From: a virus
Virus record (IMG/VR): IMGVR_UViG_3300045988_068230
Location: 1 to 48,682 of that record
DNA length: 48,682 bases
Reading direction: 5' to 3' (one strand)
The translations under genes and the position numbers were made by a program. This document shows positions 32,401-40,505 of the stretch, piece by piece. The notes under the pieces were generated by a model, which was not told the DNA's origin, made no database searches, and was given only the letters and a program-made list of their open reading frames with translations. Within the stretch, counting starts at the first letter, position 1, and every line of letters starts with the position of its first letter.

Positions 32401-32598
32401 ATGAGTATCAAAACATTTACGTTAAGACTCACAGAGGAACAAATTGATTTTGTTGGTGAAAAGGCAAAGGAAATGGGGGTGAGCAAAAACGACTATATCC
32501 GAAGATTAATTGATGGAGACATTCGTGCAGATAAGGAAGATAGAATTTTGCAGGAAATTATCGAAATCAAGAATATGCTTGAAAAGAGCATGAAATAA
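32401..32598 (+). CDS. Ribbon-helix-helix protein
   Basis: SD AAAGGAGA before ATG 32401. MSIKTFTLRLTEEQIDFVGEKAKEMGVSKNDYIRRLI follows the RHH pattern. Confidence 0.7.
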   Translation: MSIKTFTLRLTEEQIDFVGEKAKEMGVSKNDYIRRLIDGDIRADKEDRILQEIIEIKNMLEKSMK

Positions 32599-32717
32599 GA
32601 AAATGGTGCCTGCATAAAAGCGGGCACCTAACCAATTACAATAATTTATATACTTAGAGTAAATTGACATTTAGTTGTCATTACAATAAAATGGAATTTA
32701 CGACAGAAAGGAGAACT

Positions 32718-32882
32718 ATGGGTAGACCTAAAAAAGAGATTACAAAAAACACATACTTCCAAATCAGAATGGAACAGGAAATTTATGATTTGCTTGTTAC
32801 CACAGCGCGCAAACATGGCGTATCTAAAGCCGAAATTGTGCGCCGTGGAATTGTCGAACAAGCAAAACTTACCAAGGCATAG
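32718..32882 (+). CDS. Ribbon-helix-helix protein
   Basis: SD AAAGGAG before ATG 32718. YFQIRMEQEIYDLLVTTARKHGVSKAEIVRRGI follows the RHH pattern. Confidence 0.65.
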   Translation: MGRPKKEITKNTYFQIRMEQEIYDLLVTTARKHGVSKAEIVRRGIVEQAKLTKA

Positions 32883-33000
32883 ACCCAATATGCCACTATG
32901 GAAAGTTGTGTTATTTTATACATTGCTTTTCGGAAGCGTGTACATGATAACACACTTTCTGTAAAAAATCAATATTTTTTTATAGAAAGGATAAAAAATT

Positions 33001-33723
33001 ATGAACGAAATTATTGAAAAGACAAATATTATCACATCTATGGAAGTGGCTGAAATGATTGGAAAAGACCACAGCAAATTACTTAGAGACATCAGAAATT
33101 ATGCTGCACAATTATCCGAAGCCAAAATTGGATTGGGCGACTTTTTCACAGAAAACACATATCTTGACGCAAATAATCAAAGCAGACCTTGTTTTGATGT
33201 TACAAAGAAAGGCTGTGAATTTATCGCAAATAAGCTGACAGGTGCTAAAGGTGCCGTTTTTACAGCTAGATATATCAACCGTTTTCACGACATGGAGGAC
33301 GCAATCGAGAATCCTCTTTCTGGCATTTCCAAGGAATTACAGGCTGTTATCGTAGTAGACAAGAGAGTAACCCAGGTTGAAAAGAAAGTGGATATTGTAC
33401 GCCAGGAACTTGAACGCCTGGAATTTGACTTGCCAATCCTCCCGATCGAAGCTGATCGTATCACGGAAGCAGTCCGCAAGCGTGGCGTTGACATCCTGGG
33501 CGGAAAAGGCTCGAACGCATACCAGGACAGGTCAATGAGACAGCGTGTGTACAGTAATATCTATGCAGACTTGAAAGCAAATTTCCGTGTGCGCTCCTAC
33601 AAGTCAATCAAGCGAAACCAGTGTGACTCTGCCTTGAACGTGATCGCACGATATGACGCACCACTGTATCTCCAGGACGAAATCTATATGATAAACGGAC
33701 AGCGATCAATCTGGGACGACTGA
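33001..33723 (+). CDS. Rha-family phage regulatory protein / antirepressor
   Basis: ITSMEVAEMIGKDHSKLLRDIRNY is the Rha N-terminal signature. A coiled C-terminal domain follows. Confidence 0.8.
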   Translation: MNEIIEKTNIITSMEVAEMIGKDHSKLLRDIRNYAAQLSEAKIGLGDFFTENTYLDANNQSRPCFDVTKKGCEFIANKLTGAKGAVFTARYINRFHDMEDAIENPLSGISKELQAVIVVDKRVTQVEKKVDIVRQELERLEFDLPILPIEADRITEAVRKRGVDILGGKGSNAYQDRSMRQRVYSNIYADLKANFRVRSYKSIKRNQCDSALNVIARYDAPLYLQDEIYMINGQRSIWDD

Positions 33724-33851
33724 ACGAAAAATGTAGAATTTTCTCGACTTTCGTCAAATATCGTATTAATGTAAGAAAATTTGTGCAAGATTGAGATATT
33801 GTATGACTGTTATATTTGGAGTATAATATAAACTAATTTTGGAGGGATTCT

Positions 33852-34175
33852 ATGAAAGGAATAAAAAAGCTGGTTATATTTTTTCTGTTTGGGATAATGC
33901 TCACATTTTCTGTGCGTGCGCCGCTATGTGAGAGCATTGATTTAACAGATTCCGAAGCGATTATTAAGACAAGTGCCAATAATCAATACGTAATACATAA
34001 TTATACACAGGCGGTTGCATCTGAAGCAAAGCAGCAGCCATTTGTTGTGAATAAAAGCAATAATATTTCTGCGGAATGTACATGCCATTTCTTTTTTAAT
34101 CGTTCAAGGCAAAGGGAGGGAGCGCTGTTTAAGCAGAGGGCAAGAAGTATGATCCAGTCCGTTCTATGTCGCTGA
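33852..34175 (+). CDS. Small secreted protein (signal peptide)
   Basis: SD GGAGGG. MKGIKKLVIFFLFGIMLTFSVRA signal-like N-terminus. Moron-like position in the lysogeny region. Confidence 0.5.
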   Translation: MKGIKKLVIFFLFGIMLTFSVRAPLCESIDLTDSEAIIKTSANNQYVIHNYTQAVASEAKQQPFVVNKSNNISAECTCHFFFNRSRQREGALFKQRARSMIQSVLCR

Positions 34176-34245
34176 GATGGTGGTATAATGAGAAAAAAAA
34201 GAGAACGAATGTTCTTATTTGCATGATATTGGAGGGGACGGATAT

Positions 34246-34362
34246 ATGGATTACAAAAAAGAAATTATTGAAATGATAGAGAATACTGAAAATGAGGGCA
34301 AGTTAAAATTTGTCTATACGATTCTTATTAAATATCTGAAATCAAAGAAGCAAGGGGATTAA
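34246..34362 (+). CDS. Hypothetical 38-aa protein (below the ORF-track cutoff)
   Basis: SD GGAGGGGA lies 6 nt before ATG 34246. MDYKKEIIEMIENTENEGKLKFVYTILIKYLKSKKQGD. Confidence 0.45.
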   Translation: MDYKKEIIEMIENTENEGKLKFVYTILIKYLKSKKQGD

Positions 34363-34374
34363 CCCTTGCTTCTT
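34345..34374. terminator. 12-bp bidirectional hairpin at the convergent gene ends
   Basis: aagaagcaaggg / cccttgcttctt perfect stem, followed by ttgttt. Confidence 0.6.
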
Positions 34375-34703
34375 TTGTTTAGCGATGAAACTATTTGTTT
34401 TATTGCTTTCTTATCTTCTTTATCGAGTGTTTTATATTCCTCGATAAAGTCTAAGATGTCAGGCTCTGACATAAGATTTCCAATTATGGTTGCATAATCG
34501 TCATCGCTTTTAGAACCCATGAGGTATGTCGGTGTTACTTCCAGAACGCCGCATAGAAGTTCGATAGTATCCATATCTGGCTTACACTTGTCTTTTTCCC
34601 AGTCGCTAATTGAATTGTGCTTTGCGTTAATTCTTTCTGCGAGTTGTTTCTGAGTCAACTTCTTTGCTGTTCTGGCTTGCTTGATTTTCTCGCCAAATGT
34701 CAT
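34359..34703 (-). CDS. CI-like repressor (XRE-family HTH)
   Basis: SD GGGAGGA. KIKQARTAKKLTQKQLAERINAKHNSISDWEKDK is an XRE HTH. Divergent from the cro-like gene. Confidence 0.85.
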   Translation of the reverse strand: MTFGEKIKQARTAKKLTQKQLAERINAKHNSISDWEKDKCKPDMDTIELLCGVLEVTPTYLMGSKSDDDYATIIGNLMSEPDILDFIEEYKTLDKEDKKAIKQIVSSLNKRSKG

Positions 34704-34740
34704 TATCGTTTCCTCCCTTCATAACTAATAATAATATAAA

Positions 34741-34842
34741 AATTTCGGACTGTCAATAAAATAATTTCGACTTCCTCGAAATTTCTTCTTGACATTCGGA
34801 TAAATCGAAGCTATACTGTAATTGTTCGATGGGAACGAAATT
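34741..34842. promoter_or_regulatory. Genetic-switch region: AATTTCGA/TCGAAATT operator half-sites and the cro promoter
   Basis: Palindrome AATTTCGA-cttcc-TCGAAATT (34763-34783). Further half-sites at 34741-34747 and 34825-34842. TTGACA (34789-34794), 17 nt, TATACT (34812-34817). Confidence 0.65.
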
Positions 34843-34864
34843 AAATAGAAAGGAGAAATGAAGA

Positions 34865-35071
34865 ATGTGCGTTGGTAAAAAAATTAAGTCATACCTTGAA
34901 AGCAACGGCATAACGCAGACATTTGTTGCCAACAGAACTGGTATTCCTGTTCAGAAGCTCAATCTTTCTCTCAATGGAAATCGCAGATTAGATTTCGATG
35001 AATATGAATTAATTTGTGGAGCGTTATCTGTTGGGACTGACAAGTTTCTTGAACCAAAGCTACCGGAATAG
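34865..35071 (+). CDS. Cro-like XRE-family HTH protein
   Basis: KIKSYLESNGITQTFVANRTGIPVQKLNLSLNG is an HTH motif. Divergent from the CI-like gene. Confidence 0.75.
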   Translation: MCVGKKIKSYLESNGITQTFVANRTGIPVQKLNLSLNGNRRLDFDEYELICGALSVGTDKFLEPKLPE

Positions 35072-35099
35072 GAGATGAAGAATATGAAACGCCATCCGA

Positions 35100-35477
35100 T
35101 TATGGAATATGTGATTCCAGCAATTGTAGCAAGTGTGGCAACAGTTTTAATCCGTTTAGTGCTAGGGTGGTAAGAATCGAAACAATAATCGGAATAGCCA
35201 CGTCTTTCAATAACAACTTTTTAAATTCATGTTTTCTTTCAGCAATATAAGATTTCCCCTGTTCAGAAATCGTAATAGAAAGAGTTTTTCCTTTTACATA
35301 TCTGACCTGACCGTCTTGATTGATTCTAGGAAAAGATTCTCTATTAACAGAAATTAATTTTTCTTCTTCAAGAAAACTGGAGATTTTGATTTCATTTTCC
35401 AAAAGAGAAGAATATTCAATTTTTTCTTTGCTTGAAAGATATTTCAAGAAATTAAATTGTTCCTTATTGAGATACAT
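35100..35477 (-). CDS. Hypothetical protein with C-terminal TM segment
   Basis: SD GGGAGGTGA before ATG 35477. C-terminal segment VAIPIIVSILTTLALNGL. Opposite-strand moron in the early region. Confidence 0.6.
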   Translation of the reverse strand: MYLNKEQFNFLKYLSSKEKIEYSSLLENEIKISSFLEEEKLISVNRESFPRINQDGQVRYVKGKTLSITISEQGKSYIAERKHEFKKLLLKDVAIPIIVSILTTLALNGLKLLPHLLQLLESHIP

Positions 35478-35527
35478 AATATCACCTCCCATCTACTGGG
35501 AGTATACCACAAGAAAGGAGTGAGTGC

Positions 35528-35680
35528 ATGTCAGAAGAAAAGAAAAATCTTATCAGAGACGTGACAACACGCATTGATAAGCTTCCAGAAGATAAGAAAC
35601 ATTATATTCTGGGATATATGGACGGAGTTATTGATTGCAGTAATGATGATTCTGAACAGAAGCCGGAAAAGAGTTCATAA
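35528..35680 (+). CDS. Hypothetical 50-aa protein (below the ORF-track cutoff)
   Basis: SD AAAGGAG lies 8 nt before ATG 35528. MSEEKKNLIRDVTTRIDKLPEDKKHYILGYMDGVIDCS... Confidence 0.5.
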   Translation: MSEEKKNLIRDVTTRIDKLPEDKKHYILGYMDGVIDCSNDDSEQKPEKSS

Positions 35681-35693
35681 GAAAGGAGCATAA

Positions 35694-35954
35694 ATGGACG
35701 CAAAACCAATTATTTCAATTGAAAATTCCGGTAACATGACAAGAGTAAAATTCTTGGGAATCGACATTAGCAAGGCATTAACAGATGTTTCATACAGGAC
35801 TGCGAAATTAAATAATTCGATCACCCTCGATATTAATATTGTCAGTTTAATTGATGTTCTGTGCGAGATCACGCCGGAAGATTTGGAAAAGGCACAGGAA
35901 ATCCTTGCCCCATACAAGGAATCCCGTGCACATCTCAAAGAAATCATTTCATAG
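35694..35954 (+). CDS. Hypothetical protein
   Basis: SD AAAGGAG; 86 aa. Confidence 0.6.
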   Translation: MDAKPIISIENSGNMTRVKFLGIDISKALTDVSYRTAKLNNSITLDINIVSLIDVLCEITPEDLEKAQEILAPYKESRAHLKEIIS

Positions 35955-36153
35955 AAATTTCGTGAAGAATTTCGTCGGTTAAGGAAACGATTTCAAGGAT
36001 ATCGGAACTGATGGAAATATATCCTTTAGCTGCAAGTTCTCTCATAGCTATATTCTCGATGGCAGAGAATTGCGTGCTATCAAATGAATTTTGACCTGTT
36101 TCTTTATAGTGAGAAATGATTCTCTTTAAAAGATCTTCCTGAACAATATCCAT
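35944..36153 (-). CDS. Hypothetical protein
   Basis: SD AAAGGAG lies 6 nt before ATG 36153 (track start 36171). Confidence 0.55.
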   Translation of the reverse strand: MDIVQEDLLKRIISHYKETGQNSFDSTQFSAIENIAMRELAAKGYISISSDILEIVSLTDEILHEISMK

Positions 36154-36311
36154 AATATTCTCCTTTCTCAATACTCAGCATGCCAGTGCCTGTAAATGCA
36201 TTATAGGTAGAAGGGTAAGGAAATACAATAGGTTGACGGGAAGGTGGAAAGTTTTTTTGAAAATAAGCCAGATGATTCTGGCCAGAAGAAAAATCATAAG
36301 GAGGGGAAACT

Positions 36312-36650
36312 ATGGAACAGACAAATATGGATGCTGATACTTATGTAGAAAAGACTGCGGAAATTCATAATTTTGCCTATGAAATTGCTCGGATCCTGGC
36401 AGACACTTCAGTCCCGGAGTTTTCCAGTGAGCCGATCAATGTTGAGGACGCTGCTAAACTGATCGGAATGAAACCGGCTCAGGTCCGTGCTGGAATCCAG
36501 TACGGATGGCTGCCAATCGGTATTGCTACAAACAATGGGAAAATAATCAAAGGTAAATCTAACCTGAGATTAAACTTTACAATCTTTCCAAGAAAAATCT
36601 GGGAAGTTACCGGACATATCTGGAAGGGAAAAGAAGCATTAGAAAAGTGA
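36312..36650 (+). CDS. Hypothetical protein, possible HTH (excisionase-like)
   Basis: SD AAGGAGGGG. INVEDAAKLIGMKPAQVRAGIQYGWLP resembles MerR/Xis-type HTH. Confidence 0.55.
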   Translation: MEQTNMDADTYVEKTAEIHNFAYEIARILADTSVPEFSSEPINVEDAAKLIGMKPAQVRAGIQYGWLPIGIATNNGKIIKGKSNLRLNFTIFPRKIWEVTGHIWKGKEALEK

Positions 36651-36779
36651 AGTGCCCCGGTGGTGTTGACGGCACCAACCGGAGCGGTGAACCCACTAAT
36701 CACACCTTAGTGGATACGGTTATATTATAATCCTCTGTCCGCTAAATATCAATATTACGAGAGGAAAAAGTATAACAAA

Positions 36780-36965
36780 ATGAAAGAAAATACAACAAAA
36801 CAGAACAACGAAAAGATTACATGGAACGATTTGGAAACAATGCTAGCTACCGAAATCGTAAAAAAAGCAAAGAGAGAGACTAAGAAGTGGTTCAGTGCAT
36901 GGCTTTTGACTGCCGCGCTGTTAATCATTACTAATATCTTTTGGTGTATTGCTTACAGTTTGTAA
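36780..36965 (+). CDS. Small membrane protein
   Basis: C-terminal TM segment WFSAWLLTAALLIITNIFWCIAY; weak SD. Confidence 0.45.
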   Translation: MKENTTKQNNEKITWNDLETMLATEIVKKAKRETKKWFSAWLLTAALLIITNIFWCIAYSL

Positions 36966-36990
36966 TCTTTTTTCTTTTGGAGGGAAAAGA

Positions 36991-37146
36991 ATGAAATCAC
37001 CTAGACAAAACAGAAAGGATATCGTAGTCAGTGTGATTATCGGGATCCTGCTTACTTTTCTTCCGGTGTGGATGTGGGAGAAGAGCTTGCAGCAGATCCT
37101 GGCAGGTATTGTATTTGCACTGCTTACGTATTTAGCACTGCTTTAA
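36991..37146 (+). CDS. Small membrane protein (2 TM segments)
   Basis: SD GGAGGGAAAAG before ATG 36991. Confidence 0.5.
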   Translation: MKSPRQNRKDIVVSVIIGILLTFLPVWMWEKSLQQILAGIVFALLTYLALL

Positions 37147-37161
37147 GAAAGGAGAACGGAA

Positions 37162-37431
37162 ATGTTTGAAAAAGAAATCAAAGAACTTTTTGAATTAGCG
37201 TGGAGAGTTTCGAACGAGACGGACTACTTCGCTTCTTTCAGAATTGCTTCGCACGTTCACTCTTGCGAAATTTGCGTCATGAATTCCAAATGGGAGCCGG
37301 GAAAGAAGAGCGATAACATCTATACGATCTACTTTGACAACGAACTGTTAGAAGAGGAATCAGCTGAGCAGTACAAACTTGCAAAAGCACATCTTCTTAG
37401 ACTCTTAATAGATGGGAGGTGCCCTAATTGA
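37162..37431 (+). CDS. Hypothetical protein
   Basis: SD AAAGGAG; 89 aa. Confidence 0.6.
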   Translation: MFEKEIKELFELAWRVSNETDYFASFRIASHVHSCEICVMNSKWEPGKKSDNIYTIYFDNELLEEESAEQYKLAKAHLLRLLIDGRCPN

Positions 37432-37667
37432 TGTATGAGACATCAACAATCAGAATACTTCCCACACTCACCCTGGCACAGGTTATTAATGATCTTCTTC
37501 GAGAAATGCAGAGCCGTGGGGATTATATCCTTGACTATGAAAATTCTGACATGTACCTGGATAGAATTGAATACCACGCCGCAGATGGAAAGAGTGGTAT
37601 CGGAATGATTGAGCCAGGTGTTGGAGATAGAACAGACAACCTGTATTGCTTTTTTGAGGAGGTATAG
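37428..37667 (+). CDS. Hypothetical protein
   Basis: SD GGGAGGTG; start overlaps the upstream stop. Confidence 0.6.
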   Translation: MMYETSTIRILPTLTLAQVINDLLREMQSRGDYILDYENSDMYLDRIEYHAADGKSGIGMIEPGVGDRTDNLYCFFEEV

Positions 37668-37669
37668 AG

Positions 37670-37843
37670 ATGAGTGATCGCATCCAGGAGGTATTGAGAT
37701 TAATCGATATGCAACTTGCTACAGTGGTAGATAATCCCATAAACGAAAGTTACAAGGCAAGAACGCTGGCAAGTTATGTGCAGGCTTTGAATGGACTTTT
37801 AGCGGCTCAGAAATCATATAAGGAGGAAAGTATTAGTGAGTGA
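37670..37843 (+). CDS. Hypothetical 57-aa protein (below the ORF-track cutoff)
   Basis: SD GAGGAGG before ATG 37670. Fills the gap between 37667 and 37836. Confidence 0.5.
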   Translation: MSDRIQEVLRLIDMQLATVVDNPINESYKARTLASYVQALNGLLAAQKSYKEESISE

Positions 37844-38036
37844 TTTTGAAATTCGTATTCCGGCGAGGAAGAAACAGCCTGCAACTGATAAGGACAACCC
37901 TGTCGTGAAAGTTTCGCCGGAAGCATACAACGCACTGGTCGAGATCTATAACGAATCAACCATATCAATGAAAGATATCGCAAGTTTGCTGATTATTGAA
38001 GGAAGTAAACATGTGGTTTATGACAAGGAGGAATAA
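37836..38036 (+). CDS. Hypothetical protein
   Basis: GTG start after AAGGAGGAAAG; 66 aa. Confidence 0.55.
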   Translation: MSDFEIRIPARKKQPATDKDNPVVKVSPEAYNALVEIYNESTISMKDIASLLIIEGSKHVVYDKEE

Positions 38037-38040
38037 GAAA

Positions 38041-38253
38041 ATGCAGGCAAGAACAGAAGAAAACTATGTTCTCTTTCAAAAAACAGGACGTATTGAACAG
38101 GCATGTGCGCGATATGGCGTTGGGCGAAGCACTATGAGAAACATAGCTAAAGAAGCAGGTGCCGAGGTGAAAATAGGCAAGTGCTATTTGATAAATTTCT
38201 CAAAAGTAGATGATTATATGGATTCTTTATCCGGGACTTATGGGGAGGAATAG
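38041..38253 (+). CDS. Small HTH DNA-binding protein
   Basis: SD GGAGG before ATG 38041. IEQACARYGVGRSTMRNIAKEAG is an HTH motif. Confidence 0.6.
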   Translation: MQARTEENYVLFQKTGRIEQACARYGVGRSTMRNIAKEAGAEVKIGKCYLINFSKVDDYMDSLSGTYGEE

Positions 38254-38255
38254 TA

Positions 38256-38906
38256 ATGGCAACACCAGTATTAATTATTGGAAAATCTGGTTCTGGCAAG
38301 AGTACCAGTCTTAGAAACTGCCAGAATGAACACTGGAATCTTATTAGAGTATTGAATAAACCACTTCCGTTTAAAGGCAAGATTGACGGATGGTTTACAG
38401 ATGATTACCAGCAGGTAATGAAGTGCCTGATCGCATCAAAAGCAGAGTCAATTGTGATTGATGATGCAGGATATCTTATCACAAATCATTTCATGAAAGG
38501 ACACGCTTCTGCTGGAAAAGGCAATGCAGTGTTCTCACTATACAATGATATTGGAGACTATTTCTGGAATCTTATCCAGTTTATTGTCACAAAAGTACCG
38601 CAGAATAAAATTGTTTACCTTATGATGCACGAAGAAAAAGATGATTCTGGAGAGGTAAAGCCTAAGACTATCGGGAAGCTTCTGGATGAAAAGGTTTGTA
38701 TTGAAGGAATGTTTACCATTGTTCTTAGGTGTATTGAAGAGAGTGGTAAACACTTATTCGTCACTCAGTCCAGTCAGGGGGCAGTAAGCAAATCCCCGAT
38801 TGGGATGTTTGACAGTTTAACTATTGATAATGACCTTGCAGAAGTTGACAAGGTTATCAGAGATTATTATGAATTAGGAGGAACAGACAATGCAGAAACC
38901 AAATAA
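38256..38906 (+). CDS. P-loop ATPase (Sak4/AAA_24-like recombination-replication ATPase)
   Basis: Walker A LIIGKSGSGKST and Walker B-like SIVIDDAGY. Followed by a DUF669-like gene, as in Sak4 modules. Confidence 0.7.
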   Translation: MATPVLIIGKSGSGKSTSLRNCQNEHWNLIRVLNKPLPFKGKIDGWFTDDYQQVMKCLIASKAESIVIDDAGYLITNHFMKGHASAGKGNAVFSLYNDIGDYFWNLIQFIVTKVPQNKIVYLMMHEEKDDSGEVKPKTIGKLLDEKVCIEGMFTIVLRCIEESGKHLFVTQSSQGAVSKSPIGMFDSLTIDNDLAEVDKVIRDYYELGGTDNAETK

Positions 38907-39498
38907 TTACGATACAACACAGGCGGCAGGAGAATTTGAGCCGATTAAACTTGGCGGTCACAAGATGATTATTAAGCAGGTGTCAGAGAAAAAATCCCAG
39001 GGCGGACTTGATATGCTCGTTATCTTGTTTGATTTCGCGGAAGGCGACGAACAGGCTGGATATTTTATGAAACAGTTCGAGAATGATATACGTCCAGACA
39101 AGAAATATCCGAATGCCGGTACTAACTATATGGTTATTGACGAGAGTGTAGATTATGGTGTCCGCAACCTTAAAACATTTATCACATGCGTAGAAAAGTC
39201 AAATCCGGGATTTGCTGTTAAGTGGGGCGATAACTTCGGTCAGCAGTTCAAAGGTAAGCTGATTGGCGGCATCTTCCGTCTGGAGAAAGACTGGTACGAC
39301 AACAAAGAAGTAAAACGTCACAAGCTTGCACGGTTTCGCAGTGTCGAAGGAATTAGGGATGCAGATATCCCAGAAGAGCGCACCACAAAAGCCTATGACG
39401 ATCATCTGAAAGGAGAAGCTATCATGGGATCGAATCTGGCGGGTACGGACTTTATGAGTATTCCAGACAGCGTACAGGAAGAACTTCCATTCAATTAA
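38890..39498 (+). CDS. DUF669-like (putative ssDNA-binding) protein
   Basis: GEFEPIKLGGHKMIIKQVSEKKSQGGLDMLVILFDFAEGD matches the DUF669 pattern; acidic C-terminal tail. Confidence 0.6.
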   Translation: MQKPNNYDTTQAAGEFEPIKLGGHKMIIKQVSEKKSQGGLDMLVILFDFAEGDEQAGYFMKQFENDIRPDKKYPNAGTNYMVIDESVDYGVRNLKTFITCVEKSNPGFAVKWGDNFGQQFKGKLIGGIFRLEKDWYDNKEVKRHKLARFRSVEGIRDADIPEERTTKAYDDHLKGEAIMGSNLAGTDFMSIPDSVQEELPFN

Positions 39499-39513
39499 AA
39501 GGATGTGTTTTTA

Positions 39514-40011
39514 ATGGTTATACAAGTAGACACAAGGGAGCATAAATCAGAATGGGAACGGATTCAGAATCAGTTTGACGGACTTGGAGTACAGTATTTT
39601 CGCTCCAAACTATATTGCGGAGATTATCAGTCGCTGGATAATGCAAAGCTCTGTATTGACCGCAAAAAGGATTTACAAGAGCTTGTAAATAATGTCTGCC
39701 AGCAGCATGAAAGATTCAAAGCGGAGCTGATTAGGGCACGTGAAGCAGGTATTCAGCTAATTATCCTATGCGAACATGGACCAGATATTAAATCAGTTGG
39801 TGATGTATATTTCTGGGAGAATCCACGAAAACATAAAGTTATCTGGAGGACAACAAACGGCAAAAGAGTAAAAACTGTAATATCCGATAAAGCTGTTGAC
39901 GGCTGTCAATTATATAAATCTCTTTGCACGATCAGAGATAAATACGGCGTCCGATTTGAATTCTGTACAAAAGAAGAAACCGGGCGGCGAATCGTGGAGC
40001 TGCTATCATGA
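39514..40011 (+). CDS. ERCC4-type nuclease
   Basis: VDTRE, CGDY and IDRKKDLQEL motifs. SD AAAAGGA is 10 nt before ATG 39514. Confidence 0.7.
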   Translation: MVIQVDTREHKSEWERIQNQFDGLGVQYFRSKLYCGDYQSLDNAKLCIDRKKDLQELVNNVCQQHERFKAELIRAREAGIQLIILCEHGPDIKSVGDVYFWENPRKHKVIWRTTNGKRVKTVISDKAVDGCQLYKSLCTIRDKYGVRFEFCTKEETGRRIVELLS

Positions 40012-40505
40012 CAAAAGAAGAAATCAAACAGTCAGTGAAAATGTCGGAGATACTTTCCAGGTATGGACTAAAACCGAACAGAGCAGGATTTATATGTTGC
40101 CCTTTTCACAAGGAAAAGTCAGCGTCATGTAAGATTTACGATGATTCCTTTTATTGTTTCGGCTGCGGAATCGGTGGTGATGTGTTTGATTTCGTGATGC
40201 AATACGAATCCGTTCCTTTTAGCACTGCATTTATTGAGCTGGGCGGTACTTATGTATCAAAAAAAGGTAAAAGCCGCAACCAGATTAGACATGAAGTGCG
40301 AGATATCAAATCAAAAAAATGTAATCCCGCTCAGGATCCTAATGAGCTTGATCAGGTAGAAAAGAACATACTTATGTACGAAACAGCGCTAAAAACCTTC
40401 CCTCCTGGTTCAGAAGAGTGGTATATGTGCCAGTTCAACCTTGAAAAAGAAAGAAGCAGATATGAAATATTGTCAGCTAAGGCAGGAGGTGAGAAGCATT
40501 CTTGA
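40008..40505 (+). CDS. CHC2 zinc-finger protein (DnaG-primase zinc-binding domain)
   Basis: CCPFHKEKSASCKIYDDSFYCFGCGIGGDVFDF is the CHC2 finger. Confidence 0.8.
   Translation: MTKEEIKQSVKMSEILSRYGLKPNRAGFICCPFHKEKSASCKIYDDSFYCFGCGIGGDVFDFVMQYESVPFSTAFIELGGTYVSKKGKSRNQIRHEVRDIKSKKCNPAQDPNELDQVEKNILMYETALKTFPPGSEEWYMCQFNLEKERSRYEILSAKAGGEKHS

Noticed and set aside
36722-36734. 13-nt identity ATATTATAATCCT shared with the unit A promoter (7370-7382)
   Set aside because: This is an AT-rich -10-like sequence. Matches of this length are expected by chance in 48 kb, and nothing RNA-like follows it.
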